From contig OZ024746.1 in assembly GCA_964016885.1 (NCBI GenBank), forward strand, positions 54,188,001-54,252,000: a stretch of 64,000 bases of DNA, written 5' to 3'. Below are positions 13,889 to 29,380 of this stretch, piece by piece. The notes beneath the pieces are model-generated. The model was not told where the DNA came from. It did no database searches and saw only the letters and a list, made by a program, of their open reading frames with translations. The translations under genes and the position numbers were made by a program. Position 1 is the first letter of the stretch; each line of letters opens with the position of its first letter. Origin of the DNA: Eledone cirrhosa. Taxonomy: Eukaryota.

Positions 13889-14185
13889 TGGGCCACCACC
13901 TCTAATCGGAGTCAACTTTGATGACAGCTCTGCCGCTGGGACTTTTAAGAGTGAACGTTAAAAGGTCCTCTTCAGGGCCACCAACTATAAATTGTTATCG
14001 GTGGATTCGTCTTTGCTGGCAGCACCGCCACTGAGACTTTTAAGAGTGAACGATCCAAGGCTCTCTTTAGGGCCACCAACTTTAAATTGTTACCATCGGA
14101 TTCGTCTTTGCTGCCAGCACCGCCGCAGATATATTTCAAAGCGAACGTTCAAAGGCCCTCTTTAGGGCCAACACCTATAAATTAT
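13889..14185 (+). repeat. Helitron subterminal tandem repeat (~85-95 bp, about 3 copies)
   Basis: GGGCCACCAAC..TAAATTG...GAGTGAACG units start at ~13889, 13974, 14069 and 14163. Confidence 0.8.
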
Positions 14186-14689
14186 TACTTTTATAGTCGT
14201 ATTTTACGGAAGTCTTTCGGTTCATTTGAACGAATACTCCATTGAGAGTTATACCGGGCAACGCTGGGTATCTCTGCTAGTATTTGATATAATTATTCCG
14301 TCAGATAAAAACATAGTAAAACCATTTGAAAAACTACACAAATACCAAGACCTAGAAATGTAGTGATTGAATGAATGTGGCACCTTATAACGTAAACAAT
14401 CTCACTCATCATTATAGCTTGATAAGATAAGTATGTGAAAAACAACTTAACAATATCCCTGGCGAACAATCTATTCAGGAAATTCAAAAAGTAGTATTGA
14501 TTGCTATGACATACATACTACGAAAAGCTATCTCTATCTAAATATGAATCACAGAGTACTAATAAATTAACATGACATTCCTTAAAAGTGGCCTTTCGTG
14601 AAGTAATTCATATTATATTTTATTTAACCCAACGTACAAGAAACAGCTTTTAGTCTCATTCTCTCTTATATACATATATATATATACAC

Positions 14690-15075
14690 AAGGTCCGTAC
14701 ACAAAGGAACCAAACTTTCACTGTCAGTGCCTCCGTCTTTCACGTTCTCCTCATCTATTGCTGTTGTGAGCAAGTGGGTGCCCACGCACTAGGCACCTCG
14801 CGGCCCCGGTGGACAGAGCAGAGAAGGCGTTTCCAAGGAGGATGATAAGGGAGACATGCTGGAAGAGCCATTCAATCTCGCGAGCTTCACACCTGCATTT
14901 AGCCAACTTTGTGCCGATGGTAGAGAGCAGGGAGGTGGCCCTTGGGTCAAGGTCACCAGAAGTTTCCACAACCACGGGTTCGACCACCCACCTGTCGGAA
15001 AGCGACCGATATTTGGAGAGTTTACCATCCTCAGTGCAAAGTGCAGCCAAGCTTGGGTTAGTCGCAGACTGCACC
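14690..15075 (-). mobile_element. 5'-truncated CRE-like non-LTR retrotransposon (restriction-like endonuclease C-terminus)
   Basis: KLSKYRSLSDRWVVEPVVVETSGDL...EAREIEWLFQHVSLIILLGNAFSAL matches the K..KY...PxxxETxG...LxQxxSxxxxxGNA pattern. The 3' end abuts a TA tract. Confidence 0.75.
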
Positions 15076-16006
15076 AGATTACCGCTAGTTAATTCATTTA
15101 ACTTGCTTTATATTTCATATATATCCAACACCAAGTTATATGTACCGATGCATATATTTATTCTTGTAAATAGTGTATCTTGCTCAAAGATAAAACGCTC
15201 CACCGGTAACTGAACCCTTGACATTAGTGTAAAGCGCCATAAAACCTACACATTGAACCACGTGCTTTCATAGATGATTCTGTAAGTACTGAAAGAATCA
15301 CAGTAGTAAATTACTTCATCTTTTGTTTCACGAATTCAAAAGTATTTGAATTTTTGCTTCATTAATTAGCAACATTAGACTAATTAGTAATAATAAAGCT
15401 TCACATTAATAATTAATAAGTGATCGTAGCTGTTGGTTGGCAGTTTCTTTTGTTATTTTTGTGTGTTTTTTTCTTCTGGTAGGGGTGATTGTGGTGAGGG
15501 CTGGTCTTGTTTTCGTGGTGGCGGCGGTGGTGGTGGCGGTGGTGGTGGTGGAGATGGTCGTCATCACCGTATTACTGGTGTTGTTGTAGTGATGGTGTTG
15601 GTTGTTATAGAGATTGTTGTTCTAACAGTTGCTGTCGTACTTATAGTTATCACCGTTGTAGTAGTGATTTTTGTTGTGTTGGAGGTGGTGCTGGAGGCTG
15701 ATTCCATTTTCATATTGTTTATGGTGGTGGTTGTGGTGCTGGTGGCGGTCATCTTATTTACTGGTGTAGTGGAGGTTGGTGTTGCTACTGTTGAGGGGGT
15801 GATAGGAATAGGAGGAGGTACTCTTGAGGTGGTGGTGGTGGTTGTAATGATGGTAGTAGCTGCGGCAGTGCTGGTCTGCCTCTTTCCCACCACTTCATAC
15901 AGCACACAGACACAGGCTGCGCCATTCAAACCGCTCTCTCTCTCTCTCTCTCTCTCCACACCCTTGTATACATATATATATATATATAAACACACATACA
16001 CACACA

Positions 16007-16147
<141 letters not shown>

Positions 16148-16379
16148 CATAAAACTTTTCATTGCGTGTATCAGCACCTCAACAATCACCACCACTCCTG
16201 CTACCACCACAGCCACTACTATATTAAGCAAGTTTCTATCATTGATATGTCTCACATAAGATTGCCTTATATTAATTCCTATTTAATTATATGCTTCTCT
16301 AATGACAGCCATGTTGATGTGTTTGTTGTTGGTTGTTACTGGTTTTGGTAATGTTATTGATGTTGATTGTTATGATGAT

Positions 16380-17430
16380 GATGTTGTTGGTGTTGTAATG
16401 GTGTAGTCATGCTATTGTGGGTGTTGTAAGTTGTGAGATGTTGTTGCTGGTTGTGAAGATCATTCTGTTGTTGTTGTAATGGTGTGGTATCAGTTGTGAG
16501 ATGTTGTTGCTGGTTGTGAAGATCATTCTGTTGTTGTTGGTGTTGTAATGGTGTGGTATCAGTTGTGAGATGTTGTTGCTGGTTGTGAAGATCATCCTGT
16601 TGTTGTTGTTGTTGTTGTAATGGTATGGTATCAGTTGTGAGATGTTGCTGGTTGTGAAGATCATTCTGTTGTTGTTGGTGTTGTAATGGTGTGGTATCAG
16701 TTGTGAGATGTTGTTGCTGGTTGTGAAGATCATCCTGTTGTTGTTGGTGTTGTAATGGTGTGGTATCAGTTGTGAGATGTTATTGTTGTTGGTTGTGAAG
16801 ATGATCCTGTTGTTGTTGTTGATGTTGTAATGGTGTGGTATCAGTTGTGAGATGTTATTGTTGTTGGTTGTGAAGATCATCCTGTTGTTGTTGTTGTTGT
16901 AATGGTGTGGTATCAGTTGTCAGATGTTGTTGTTGTTGGTGTTGTAATGATGTGGTATCAGTTGTGAGATGTTGTTGTTGTTGTTGGTTGTGAAGATGAT
17001 CCTGTTGTTGTTGTTGGGGTTGTAATGGTGTCGTGATGCAATAGAGTGTGTTGTAAGTTGTGAGACGTTGTTTGTGGTGATAATATTGTTATTGTTGTTG
17101 GTTGTGATGCTGATCATGTTGTTGGTGTTGTAATGGTGTATTCATGCTATTGTGTATGGTGTCAGTTGTGAGATGATGTATGTTGTGGTGCTGTTGTTAT
17201 TGTTGTTGGTTGTGATGCTGATCTTGTTGTTGGTGTTGCAATGGTGTAGTCATGCTATTGTGTATGGTGTCAGTTGTGAGATGATGTTTGTGGTGGTGCT
17301 GTTGTTACTGTTGTTGGTTGTAGCCTTGTTTTAGAAGGCCTCACAGTTGTGGCCATCGTGGCCATGTTGTTGTTGTAATGGTGTGGTATCAGTTGTGAGA
17401 TGTTGCTGGTTGTGAAGATCATCCTGTTGG
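16380..17430. repeat. ~60-66-bp minisatellite with variable (GTT)n
   Basis: GTTGTAATGGTGTGGTATCAGTTGTGAGATGTTG..GGTTGTGAAGATCAT repeated about 10 times, degenerating toward the 3' side. Confidence 0.9.
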
Positions 17431-17502
17431 ATCACAATGACTGGAACGCCAAGTGGTTAGTAGCATGTGCCTAAATCTGCGTATATATATATATATATAT
17501 AT

Positions 17503-19734
<2,232 letters not shown>

Positions 19735-19876
19735 AAGTGAGAAAAACCACAGACCCACCATCTCAACTCTACTTTTGAAAAGCAGAAGAACTGCGAAACC
19801 GGTAAAGGAACCAAATAAATATATAGATTTTTTAAAAATAAGACTCCAGTTGCATTTTCGATTTCAGCTTTTTTTC

Positions 19877-19951
<75 letters not shown>

Positions 19952-20108
19952 TATGAATGCATATATATTGTATGAACATACATAAACGTACATACGTATG
20001 CTTATACATGTATTGAATTTTTTTCGTGCATGCATGATTCATCATATAACACCAAGAGAAATTTAATTATTGTTTTGTATTTTCTCATCTCAATTCGTTA
20101 GAACGAGA

Positions 20109-20228
<120 letters not shown>

Positions 20229-20297
20229 CAGCCGTGCATACACACATATACATGTCAATATATATGTATAAATATATATACATATATCTTTATATGC

Positions 20298-20344
<47 letters not shown>

Positions 20345-20769
20345 TACATACATACATACATACATACATACATACATACATACATACATACATACATGTA
20401 TATGTGCGTTTGAATGTGTGTGAGTGAGAGAGCGTATGGATGTGTGTAATTCTATATGAATGATATCAGTTCCTCACCACAGTGTCTGCACCCATTCTTC
20501 ACCAGCATGGATATCAAAGGATATCAACTCATGTATTATATCTTAATTATGTATGAAGCTAATTCAACGAAGACCCGGACAAACACATGACTTCACTTTA
20601 TTCACTGTATGATTCTGTTCTGCATATCATAGCATTGTATCTCTGTCACTCTGTGCGTATGTTAGTATGTGTGCTTGTTTGTATATGTATGTGTATGTTG
20701 GATAACTGCACGTGATTCTCCTCTGAATATCATGCAATTGAGTCACTATAAATGTGTTTATTCGTGTGC

Positions 20770-20960
<191 letters not shown>

Positions 20961-21168
20961 TGTTTGTGCACGCATGTGTGTTTGCTTATTTGCGCATGCA
21001 CACGAGAGAGGAGAGTAGGAAGAAAAAGATATGTCTCATGTATGTACATGCATTGTACACACACATATATGTACATGCATTGTACACACACATATATATA
21101 TAACCTTCGGGTATGCAATCCAGAGAAACAAAATACTTCGCACTCGAATTTCCGATATAACCTCACAG

Positions 21169-21230
<62 letters not shown>

Positions 21231-21233
<3 letters not shown>

Positions 21234-21824
21234 TTGCTCCGCTATTTTTAATATTGTTCTGGTATCTCAAATTAGTACCATCGAACCACAAATATTATAA
21301 ACACCTTGCATATTTCTACAAGTACATACTGCCTGTTGAAGTATTCATCCACTTTTATAATTTTTCTCCCTATGTAGAGAACAAAACGTTGAATAATGCT
21401 GCTAATTTTAGTGGCAACATCAACACGTTTATAATAAACAGCTATTATCTACGACCTGATTTTGCGTGTGTGTCATTTTAACTGCTTGACCGCATGCGTT
21501 GGGCAGGAAGCGAAATATTTACTTACTGTAGGGCTGGCAACCTTATAGTGTGGAAATAAGCTGTCTGAAGATTCATTTCTTTCCATTGGCAATTCTCTGG
21601 ATTTCCAATCTTTTGGAATGATGAAACCGTCGGTAACATCAATAGAACAGGTGATTATTTAAATCGTTTTTTAATTTATTTAGAGAATTGTTTGATAACC
21701 GCTTGCTCCGCTATTTTTAATATTGTTCTGGTATCTCAAATTAGTACCATCGAACCACAAATATTATAAACACCTTGCATATTTCTACAAGTACATAGTG
21801 CCTGTTGAAGTATTCATCTACTTT

Positions 21825-21828
<4 letters not shown>
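21231..21828 (+). mobile_element. partial-tandem repeat (~128-bp direct terminal repeats) inside (TA)n, Penelope-like architecture
   Basis: GCTTGCTCCGCTATTTTT...CTTTTATA at 21232-21358 and 21701-21828. Internal CTGAAGA...GAAAC motif at 21565-21627. Confidence 0.6.
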
Positions 21829-21861
<33 letters not shown>

Positions 21862-22058
21862 GCTTGGTGGTCACCGATCTGTCAATCTCATGAAAAAATT
21901 ATACATCTCATATGTATTTTGTCTGAAGAGGGCATGTTTTGCTTTATGTTATACATATAACTTTACATTTTCGAAATATATACAATAAAATAAATATAGA
22001 TGATATAAAGTATATATCTTTCGTTTATTACTATTATTATTACATATATTGATATAAA

Positions 22059-22280
22059 GGGCGGTGGATTGGCAGTATCGGTAGAGAGTCGGACACCATG
22101 CTTTGCAGCATAGAGTTACGGCACTTTATAATCTGAGTTTAAATCTCGCCGAGGTTAACCTTGCATTTCATCCTTACGGGATCGATAAAATAAAGCACCA
22201 GTAACGTAATGGGGTCGATTTAATCGACTTTCTCCTCCCCAAAATTACCGGCCTTATGCTTATATAAGAAATCATTATTT
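22059..22280 (+). mobile_element. SINE family 1
   Basis: GGGCGGTGGATTGGCAGTATCGGTAG head, B-box-like motif and the shared core. Confidence 0.9.
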
Positions 22281-22326
22281 GTCATTCTATATATATGTAA
22301 ATAATATTAATAAAACATTATATATA

Positions 22327-22610
22327 CTAGCAGAATGGCCCGGCGTTGTTCGGGATTTGCTCTCGGGTTGTTATATATTTGATATATATTTATCCTTATC
22401 GAGCCTCGTGAAATAAATACGTTTGTTTATATTTTGTTATTGCGTATGCAAAAATATCTGTACACGAATATATAATTATATATATATATAATAAAATAAC
22501 AGATTGAACTTTAAGCAAAGAATCGCTCATTTCACCCTTAACGGGATCTTCTGAAACTAAAAAGAACAATCTGTGTACCGCAGAAGTAAATATTTTGAAA
22601 ACCGTTACAC

Positions 22611-22649
<39 letters not shown>

Positions 22650-22941
22650 GCTACGTCATAATGTCGTAATGCAGACAGCCATACATACAGACACATATTA
22701 TAAGGGCGCAACTTATATCTATGTATCTACCTAAAAAGAGAAACACTAAGAGTTATAGAGAGAGATCGCTAAATCGCCTAATACGGTCCGTAGGGCATTG
22801 GAAATTTGGAATTTGCTCAAAACACTCACAGGACCATAAGTATTACATGTGTAAAGTTTGAAAACCATCGGTTGGGTGGTTCTCGAGTTTTAGTGATCGG
22901 ACAGACAGACAGACAGATATTCTCTGTTTTAGATATATAGA
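22327..22941 (-). mobile_element. non-autonomous Helitron
   Basis: Minus strand reads A|TCTATATATCTAAAACAGAG...CCCGAACAACGCCGGGCCATTCTGCTAG|T. Same termini as 23655-25127. Confidence 0.85.
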
Positions 22942-23654
22942 TATATATAATCGCAGGCATGGATGTGTGGTTCAGGAGCTCGCGCTGCAAACGCAGTATT
23001 TCTGGTTCAGTGTTTTCTACCAGAGCAAATATTTGACGTATGTCTTTTGAAGGAAATTCGGTAAAAGGAAACTGCAGAAACGCATGTCCACATCTCTCCG
23101 TTGTCTGCGCAAAATAGAATAGAGAAATGAAATGCAGCATTGATGCTACTGTCATGGTTACTGAATGTGTTGCTAATGTGAGGTTACTTAAATCGAAACA
23201 ATTGATTTGTCGCAGAATAAATGTCCCCTGGAGGTTGCTGTAGAATTTCGGTTTAAATGAAGAATTTTTCTATTAGAAGTTGATTAATAATGAAACTTGG
23301 AATAAATACCAAAAGGATTTGTGACAAAGACTCTGTCATATCATTAGATTTTGGGGACAATGAAGGTTGTTAAAAGAATTTAAGTCTTCACCAAGTATTG
23401 CTATAGGCGAAAATTCCCCGATCGCTTTTGCTGTACACACACTCGCGAAGTATATCTATTATGCACGTAAATGAGTGTCTGTATACAAACTCAAGCACCC
23501 ATATACGCATATATATACGTACAAAAGAGAGTTTCAGTAGAAAGTGAGCAAATGTCACCGAATATGTAGAAAAATCAAGAAGCAGCTGTCAGGCATTCTC
23601 ATTGGCCACTTGTATAGCTGTGACGTGAACAGAGTTAAAATATTCATTTGATTA

Positions 23655-25127
23655 TCTATATATCTAAAACAGAGATATCTGTCTGTCTGTCTGACTCCCT
23701 AAAACTCGAGAACCACCCAACTGATTTTTTCAAACTTTACACATGTAATACTTATGCTCGTGTGAGTGTTTTGAGCAAAAAATATTTCAAATTTCCAATG
23801 CCCTAGGGACCACATTAGGCGAAAAACCGCATATTTTAGGCTTTAAAGGCATTTTTTAGGCACATTCTAGGGCGGGTAAAATTCCTGAGATCCATGGACG
23901 AGTTCTCTCCAGCGGTCTCTGTCCCTCATTATCGCTGCCATGTCCTGCGTCTCCAACAGACCAGTGTCTGTCCTTAGGGCATCAACATACGTTAACCTTG
24001 GTCTTCCTCTTCCAGTGTGTCCATGTAGGGGCTTCCACAGGAGCATTGAGTGCAATGTCAACCCTGGATGTTGGTGAGCATGTCAGTCTCCTCTGCGTCA
24101 CTTTTGAGCTGACCTTTGGGAGGCTCCCATACAGCTCTGAGTTTAGGAAGGCCTTTGATTCTGTGGACCGTCACTGCCTGATGAAGATCTTACAGGCTTA
24201 TGGAATCCCTAAGAAGATAGTGGACCTGATATCACTGCTCTACACCAACACCAAAGCACAAGTCATTACACCTGATGGGATGACAGAGTTCTTGAGATAC
24301 TGGCTGGAATGCTCCAGGGAGATACATTGGCTCCCTACCTTTTTATCATCGTAGTGGACTATTGTATGCGCCTTGCACTGTAGAAACACTAGGACTCTGG
24401 CTTTACCGTAGCACGGGCTCAGAGCAGGAGAGTTAAGGCGAAAAAGATATCAGATGCTTAATTTTAGGCATAACGGAACAATAATCCAGGCGATTTCTTC
24501 AAAATTTGCATTACTTATGTCGTTTAAAGTATTTTGAACAAAAAAGATTTTCTGATTTGTTTGCCCCAGGGACCGCATTAGGCGTAAAACCGATTTTCTG
24601 AAGCATTTTTGTTGCGTTAGGGCCTGTATCTCGAGAAGTACCCAACCGAATTTTTTGAAACTTTGTATATGCATTACTTATGTTTCACAAATTTTCCTAA
24701 CTGAAAAAGATTTCAAACATTTGCCCGGGGACCGCAATGTTTAACATTTTGGTTGCGTTAGGGCCTGTAACCTTAAAGGTATCCAACTAAATTCCTTCAT
24801 GCTTTCCACCACAGCAGTTCCACATGCTTACTGCTCTGTAACTATTGTTTTCATTGTACCATAGCACAACAAATACATGTTCGGTTTGTCGAATGCGTTT
24901 TTATTTAACCCTATCGTCTTGGCTTTCGTGGGTTGAACATGTTACTCTCAGGCACCCAATTAAGTTAAACCCCTGGTAATCTACGACGAATTTTTTTTAT
25001 AAGCACAAAATGTAGACACCATCCCCAGGCTGAGGTATACCGTTCTTCTCTGTACTGTTTCAGAAAGGAGGGATAAACATGCCAATCTATATTTAGAATC
25101 CCGAACAGCGCCGGGCCATTCTGCTAG
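23655..25127 (+). mobile_element. non-autonomous Helitron (same family) carrying a LINE insertion
   Basis: 5' end A|TCTATATATCTAAAACAGAG; 3' hairpin CCCGAACAGCGCCGGG followed by CTAG|T. Confidence 0.88.
23863..24461. mobile_element. RTE-like LINE, 5'-inverted insertion with candidate TSD
   Basis: Minus-strand 3' end NSELYGSLPKV...GRGRPRLTYVD...WRELV. Plus-strand RT piece FRKAFDSVDR...LQGDTLAPYLFIIVVDY. TTTTAGGCA occurs at 23854-23862 and 24462-24470. Confidence 0.85.
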
Positions 25128-25142
25128 TTGTACATAAACAAA

Positions 25143-25512
25143 AGGGCGGTGGATTGGCAGTATCGGTAAAGGGTCGGACGCCATGCTTTGCAACACAGAG
25201 TTACGGCCCCTTGGGATCTAAGTTCAAATCTTGTCGAGGTTAACTTTGCCTTTCATCCTTACGAGGTCGATAAAATAAAGTACCAGTCACGCACTGGAGT
25301 CGATTTAATTGACTTTCCCCTCCCCGAAAATAGATGGCCTTGTGCCTATATAAGCAACCACGGTGAATTGGCAGTATCGGTAGAAGGTCGAACGCCATGC
25401 TTTGACGCATAGAGTTACGGCCCTTGCCATTCTGAGTTCAAATCCCGCCGAGGTTAACTTTGCCTTTCATCCTTATGGGGTCGATAAAATAAAGTACCAG
25501 TAATACACTGGA
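25143..25512 (+). mobile_element. two tandem SINE family-1 copies
   Basis: Heads at 25143 and ~25360, both with the shared core. Confidence 0.9.
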
Positions 25513-26529
25513 CAATTTGTTCTGATCTTGTTCTGTCTACTTCCTCTTGTCATATGAAATTAGGTAGACCGAAGCCTTTTGGAAGCCCGCCTGTTCGAAT
25601 ATACTTGTAGTCTAAAGGTTCAGCTTTGTCACACTTAATGTTTTTCCAGACTCTCCCTGATAATGAAATGAAGGTTAATTCCTTGAGCATGCTATTCTAT
25701 GATAGATAACATGTAATCCAAAGCTGACGGATATCAATTCCTCTGAGAGAGAGAAGAACAAAATGCAATCTGGTATTTAGTTGTATATATTTACGTACTG
25801 ATTTTAAATCCTGCTGTGTTTGTCATTGTGTTCTTCCAGCACCGAGAAATAAATGTATCATAATGATGCCGAAGCACCAAGGTTGGGCATATGCCAATAC
25901 ATGGAATGATATATATATATATATATATATATACTTTTTACAATTTTACCTATTCAAGCCATCCAACTGAGGCTATGCTGGGGTATATATATATGTATAT
26001 ATATATAAACGGAAAAAATGAAACGAAATTTCATTTCCCACTCTTAGTACGGCTGTTACTTAAATATAAGTATGTACACGTACATACATATATGTATACA
26101 GACGTACAGTAGTTTGTATATATATATATACATACATGCACACATATATATATGTACGTATGGATTCACCGAACATTTATTATAATGCTCGGTATGTTTG
26201 TAAACAAACATCCCGTATTAAGCTGTAGTGTCTAGCAACCATCGTTGCTCGTTTGTTCAACACTGACAAAGGAACGCTGTACTAGTTTCAAGCTTATTAG
26301 CTATCGTCAGCAACGTATACCTTCCTGCCAGATTGTTGAACGTATATACTTACCTTATGCATATTAACGGCTGAGTAGCCCAATTTGCATATCGAGTGGG
26401 TTAATCGGCCGGGTGCACTGAAAACGATAAACGGAAAAAATGAAACGAAATTTCATATCCCACTCTTAGTACGGCTGTTACTTAAATATAAGTATGTACA
26501 TACATATATGTATTCAGACGTACAGTATA

Positions 26530-27380
26530 TATATATATATATATATATATTTGTGAAATGGGTGGTGTTTGAAATTCAGATGTGCACGGTTAAATGGTAG
26601 TAGACGTGGTCGGACGGACATGAACGTTCACACAACTATGTAAAAAGTGCCAAGGAAGCAAATAGACGAGGTTTCAAATCTCTAACTTGAAAAATGAGGT
26701 CCCTGGGGCCCCAATGCTATCGCGTTCGGTGAGTTATTTCCCCCTGTTCTAATACTTGGATGAGTTATTTACAATTTCATACACATTTTAAAACTCATCA
26801 ACGTTCTTTCGCTGTTAACATACAGTACCAATAATTTGAAAAATATTATTGAAAGTTTATTATAAAGAAGCAGTTTCAGGAAAAAAAATAGAAATATGCA
26901 CTTGGGGCTGGACGGTGTACAATGAGAAATGGCGCGACGTGAAAAGCGTTGTTTATTAACAACGAAATAGCAATGTCGATGATATGCAAGTTTGAAAATG
27001 CAGATTAATAAACTGTTGCCTTCTACAGTACGTTTCATTTTCACAGTACCGTTTTATGAAATCTATTCTGCAGTACGGTCACTGTTTTCCCTCAAAAGAA
27101 ATAAAACCCTTAAATTGCGAAGAAGGGACGCGTGTTTTTATTTTAATTCATGTTATCTACCACTAACAGTAAGTAGTATATTTCAAATTGCATATCATCG
27201 ACATTGCTATTTCGCTGTTAATAAACAACGCTTTTCACGTCGCTTCACTTCCCATTGTACGCCGTCCATCCCCAAGTGCATATTTCTATTTTTTTTCCTG
27301 AAACTGCTTCTTTCAATAATATTTTTAAAATTATTAACTTAATAAAAAGTGGCCCCGGGTGCAACCGGGCTCAGCTGCTA
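26530..27380 (+). mobile_element. non-autonomous Helitron-like element with a long internal inverted repeat
   Basis: 3' CCCGGGTGCAACCGGG hairpin then CTGCTAG|T at ~27354-27381. Internal arms ~26830-27000 and ~27180-27335. The 5' end is uncertain. Confidence 0.7.
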
Positions 27381-27689
27381 GTATATATATATATATATAA
27401 GAAAGTAAGGTTTATTTTACAAAATGAAAAAAAGAACGAGGTGTCCTACACGAGGGAAAGTATAAGGAAAAAAGATGAAATCGAAAATGCAACTGGAGGC
27501 TTTTTAAAAAAAATATATATTTATTTGGTTCCTTTACCGGTTTCGCAGTTCTTCTGCTTTTCAAAAGTAGAATTGAGATGGAGGGTTTGTGGTTTTTCTC
27601 ACACATGTGCGAAACCGGTAAAGGAACCAAATAAATATATATTTAAAAAAAAAAAGACTCCAGTTGCATTTTCGATTTCATCTTTTTTC

Positions 27690-27818
<129 letters not shown>

Positions 27819-27883
27819 CGAAGGAAGTGTGGTAAGGAGCCATAACGCGAAGATGGGCCATAACGCACCAGAGTACATATACA

Positions 27884-27954
27884 TCCTCGGTAGTATAGTG
27901 GTAATATCCCCACCTGTCACACGGGAAACCGGGGTTCGATTTCCCGCCGGGGAG
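27884..27954 (+). tRNA. tRNA-Asp(GTC)-derived copy, probably a pseudogene
   Basis: TCCTCGGTAGTATAGTGGT...CCCACCTGTCACACGGG...CCGGGGTTCGATTTCCCGCCGGGGAG follows the canonical animal tRNA-Asp. The anticodon stem has two G>A mismatches and the D region is one base short. Confidence 0.88.
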
Positions 27955-28006
<52 letters not shown>

Positions 28007-28366
28007 GTATGTTACTGCCCAACGCCTGACCTCACGCCGTTTCAACGTAGAGAGGAGTAAAAGTTGGAAAGAACAAACATTTTAGTGTGTGGATGTGTGA
28101 AGTTGAGGTATTCAATTCATTTATATATAGGAACAGGTGAAGACTTCAAAAACATCATCTTTATCAGTTCCCTTGTCATTTTAGTTTGCATTGCTTCTAG
28201 AACGTAACCTTATTATATAATGAAATCGCCTGATGAGATTATGACACTGGTTGCGTTGAATCACGTGACCACTCTCATCATTTAAATATGTATCACAACC
28301 TCATAAATAAAGGACTTTAACATCTACAACTACTTCGCATTTTCTTATTCTTTCTCTCTCTCTCAC

Positions 28367-28397
<31 letters not shown>

Positions 28398-28484
28398 CTC
28401 TTTCTCTCTCTCTATATATATATATATATAAATACATATATATATATATATATATTTATAAAACAAAGACGGTGTGGTAGGATA

Positions 28485-28519
<35 letters not shown>

Positions 28520-28561
28520 CTCACGTAGAGTTTGCTCGACGGTTCCACACAACGGAAAATA

Positions 28562-28596
<35 letters not shown>

Positions 28597-28604
28597 TATA
28601 TATA

Positions 28605-28820
28605 TATAGGAATAGAGTGAGGCTGAGCTCCAGCCGTTGCGATAGTTAGATCCGAACTAACTCGGCAGTCTTGGTTAGTTCGGATCTAGCTGTCGAAACG
28701 GCTGGAGCTCAGCCGTCGGGGTCCTGACTCTTTTCCTATTACCCACTCTACTACCCTAAGTATTGAGTACTCTCGTACGTTATGGTCCACCTGGTTCCTT
28801 ACCACACTTTCTTTGATTTA
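28605..28820 (-). mobile_element. Penelope-like dispersed fragment family with fold-back (other copies ~27817-27875, 41340-41495, 44090-44282, 47226-47420)
   Basis: Shared block AACGAAGGAAGTGTGGTAAGGAACCAGGTGGACCATAACGCACCAGAGTACTCAATACT...GCCGTTTCGACGGC, always next to (TA)n. The Penelope assignment is an inference. Confidence 0.55.
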
Positions 28821-29192
28821 TATACATATACATACAATGCGTATATATACAGTCAGTTAATGAATAACCTTACAGATGATACCCGTTTCAAAAATCAATG
28901 TTTTACGTGACTCGGATACTCAGTATTAAACATGGGGATTAAATATTAAATTCATCAACGTATAGTGTGATTACAAATATAGTATGATGAAATGAGTGTT
29001 CGACCTGTCTCTCTTAATATGTATATATAACAGGAAATCATCGGGCTTTCCTCATGATTTCCTCCGAATAAAACAGTTCTAGTGCAGTGGAAGCTATTTC
29101 TATATTAAATATTTATACTCTGCTATGTATTAAGTACCTTACTTACTGTGGTTACCCCCAAGTGAACCCAACACACACACACACACACACAG

Positions 29193-29266
<74 letters not shown>

Positions 29267-29327
29267 ATATATATATATAAATATATATATATAAGAGTGG
29301 GAAATGAAATTTCGTTTCATTTTCTCC

Positions 29328-29380
<53 letters not shown>

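Larger units (their letters stand above)
7239..14280 (+). mobile_element. Helitron, internally deleted RepHel copy
   Basis: 3' hairpin ATACCGGGCAACGCTGGGTAT followed by CTAG|T at 14251-14281. Candidate 5' A|TC then (TGTC)n at 7239 (5' end less certain). RepHel remnants lie inside. Confidence 0.9.

Noticed and set aside
16380-17000. CRISPR-like regular repeats
   Set aside because: No unique spacers (only GTT length variation), no cas genes, and a eukaryotic context.
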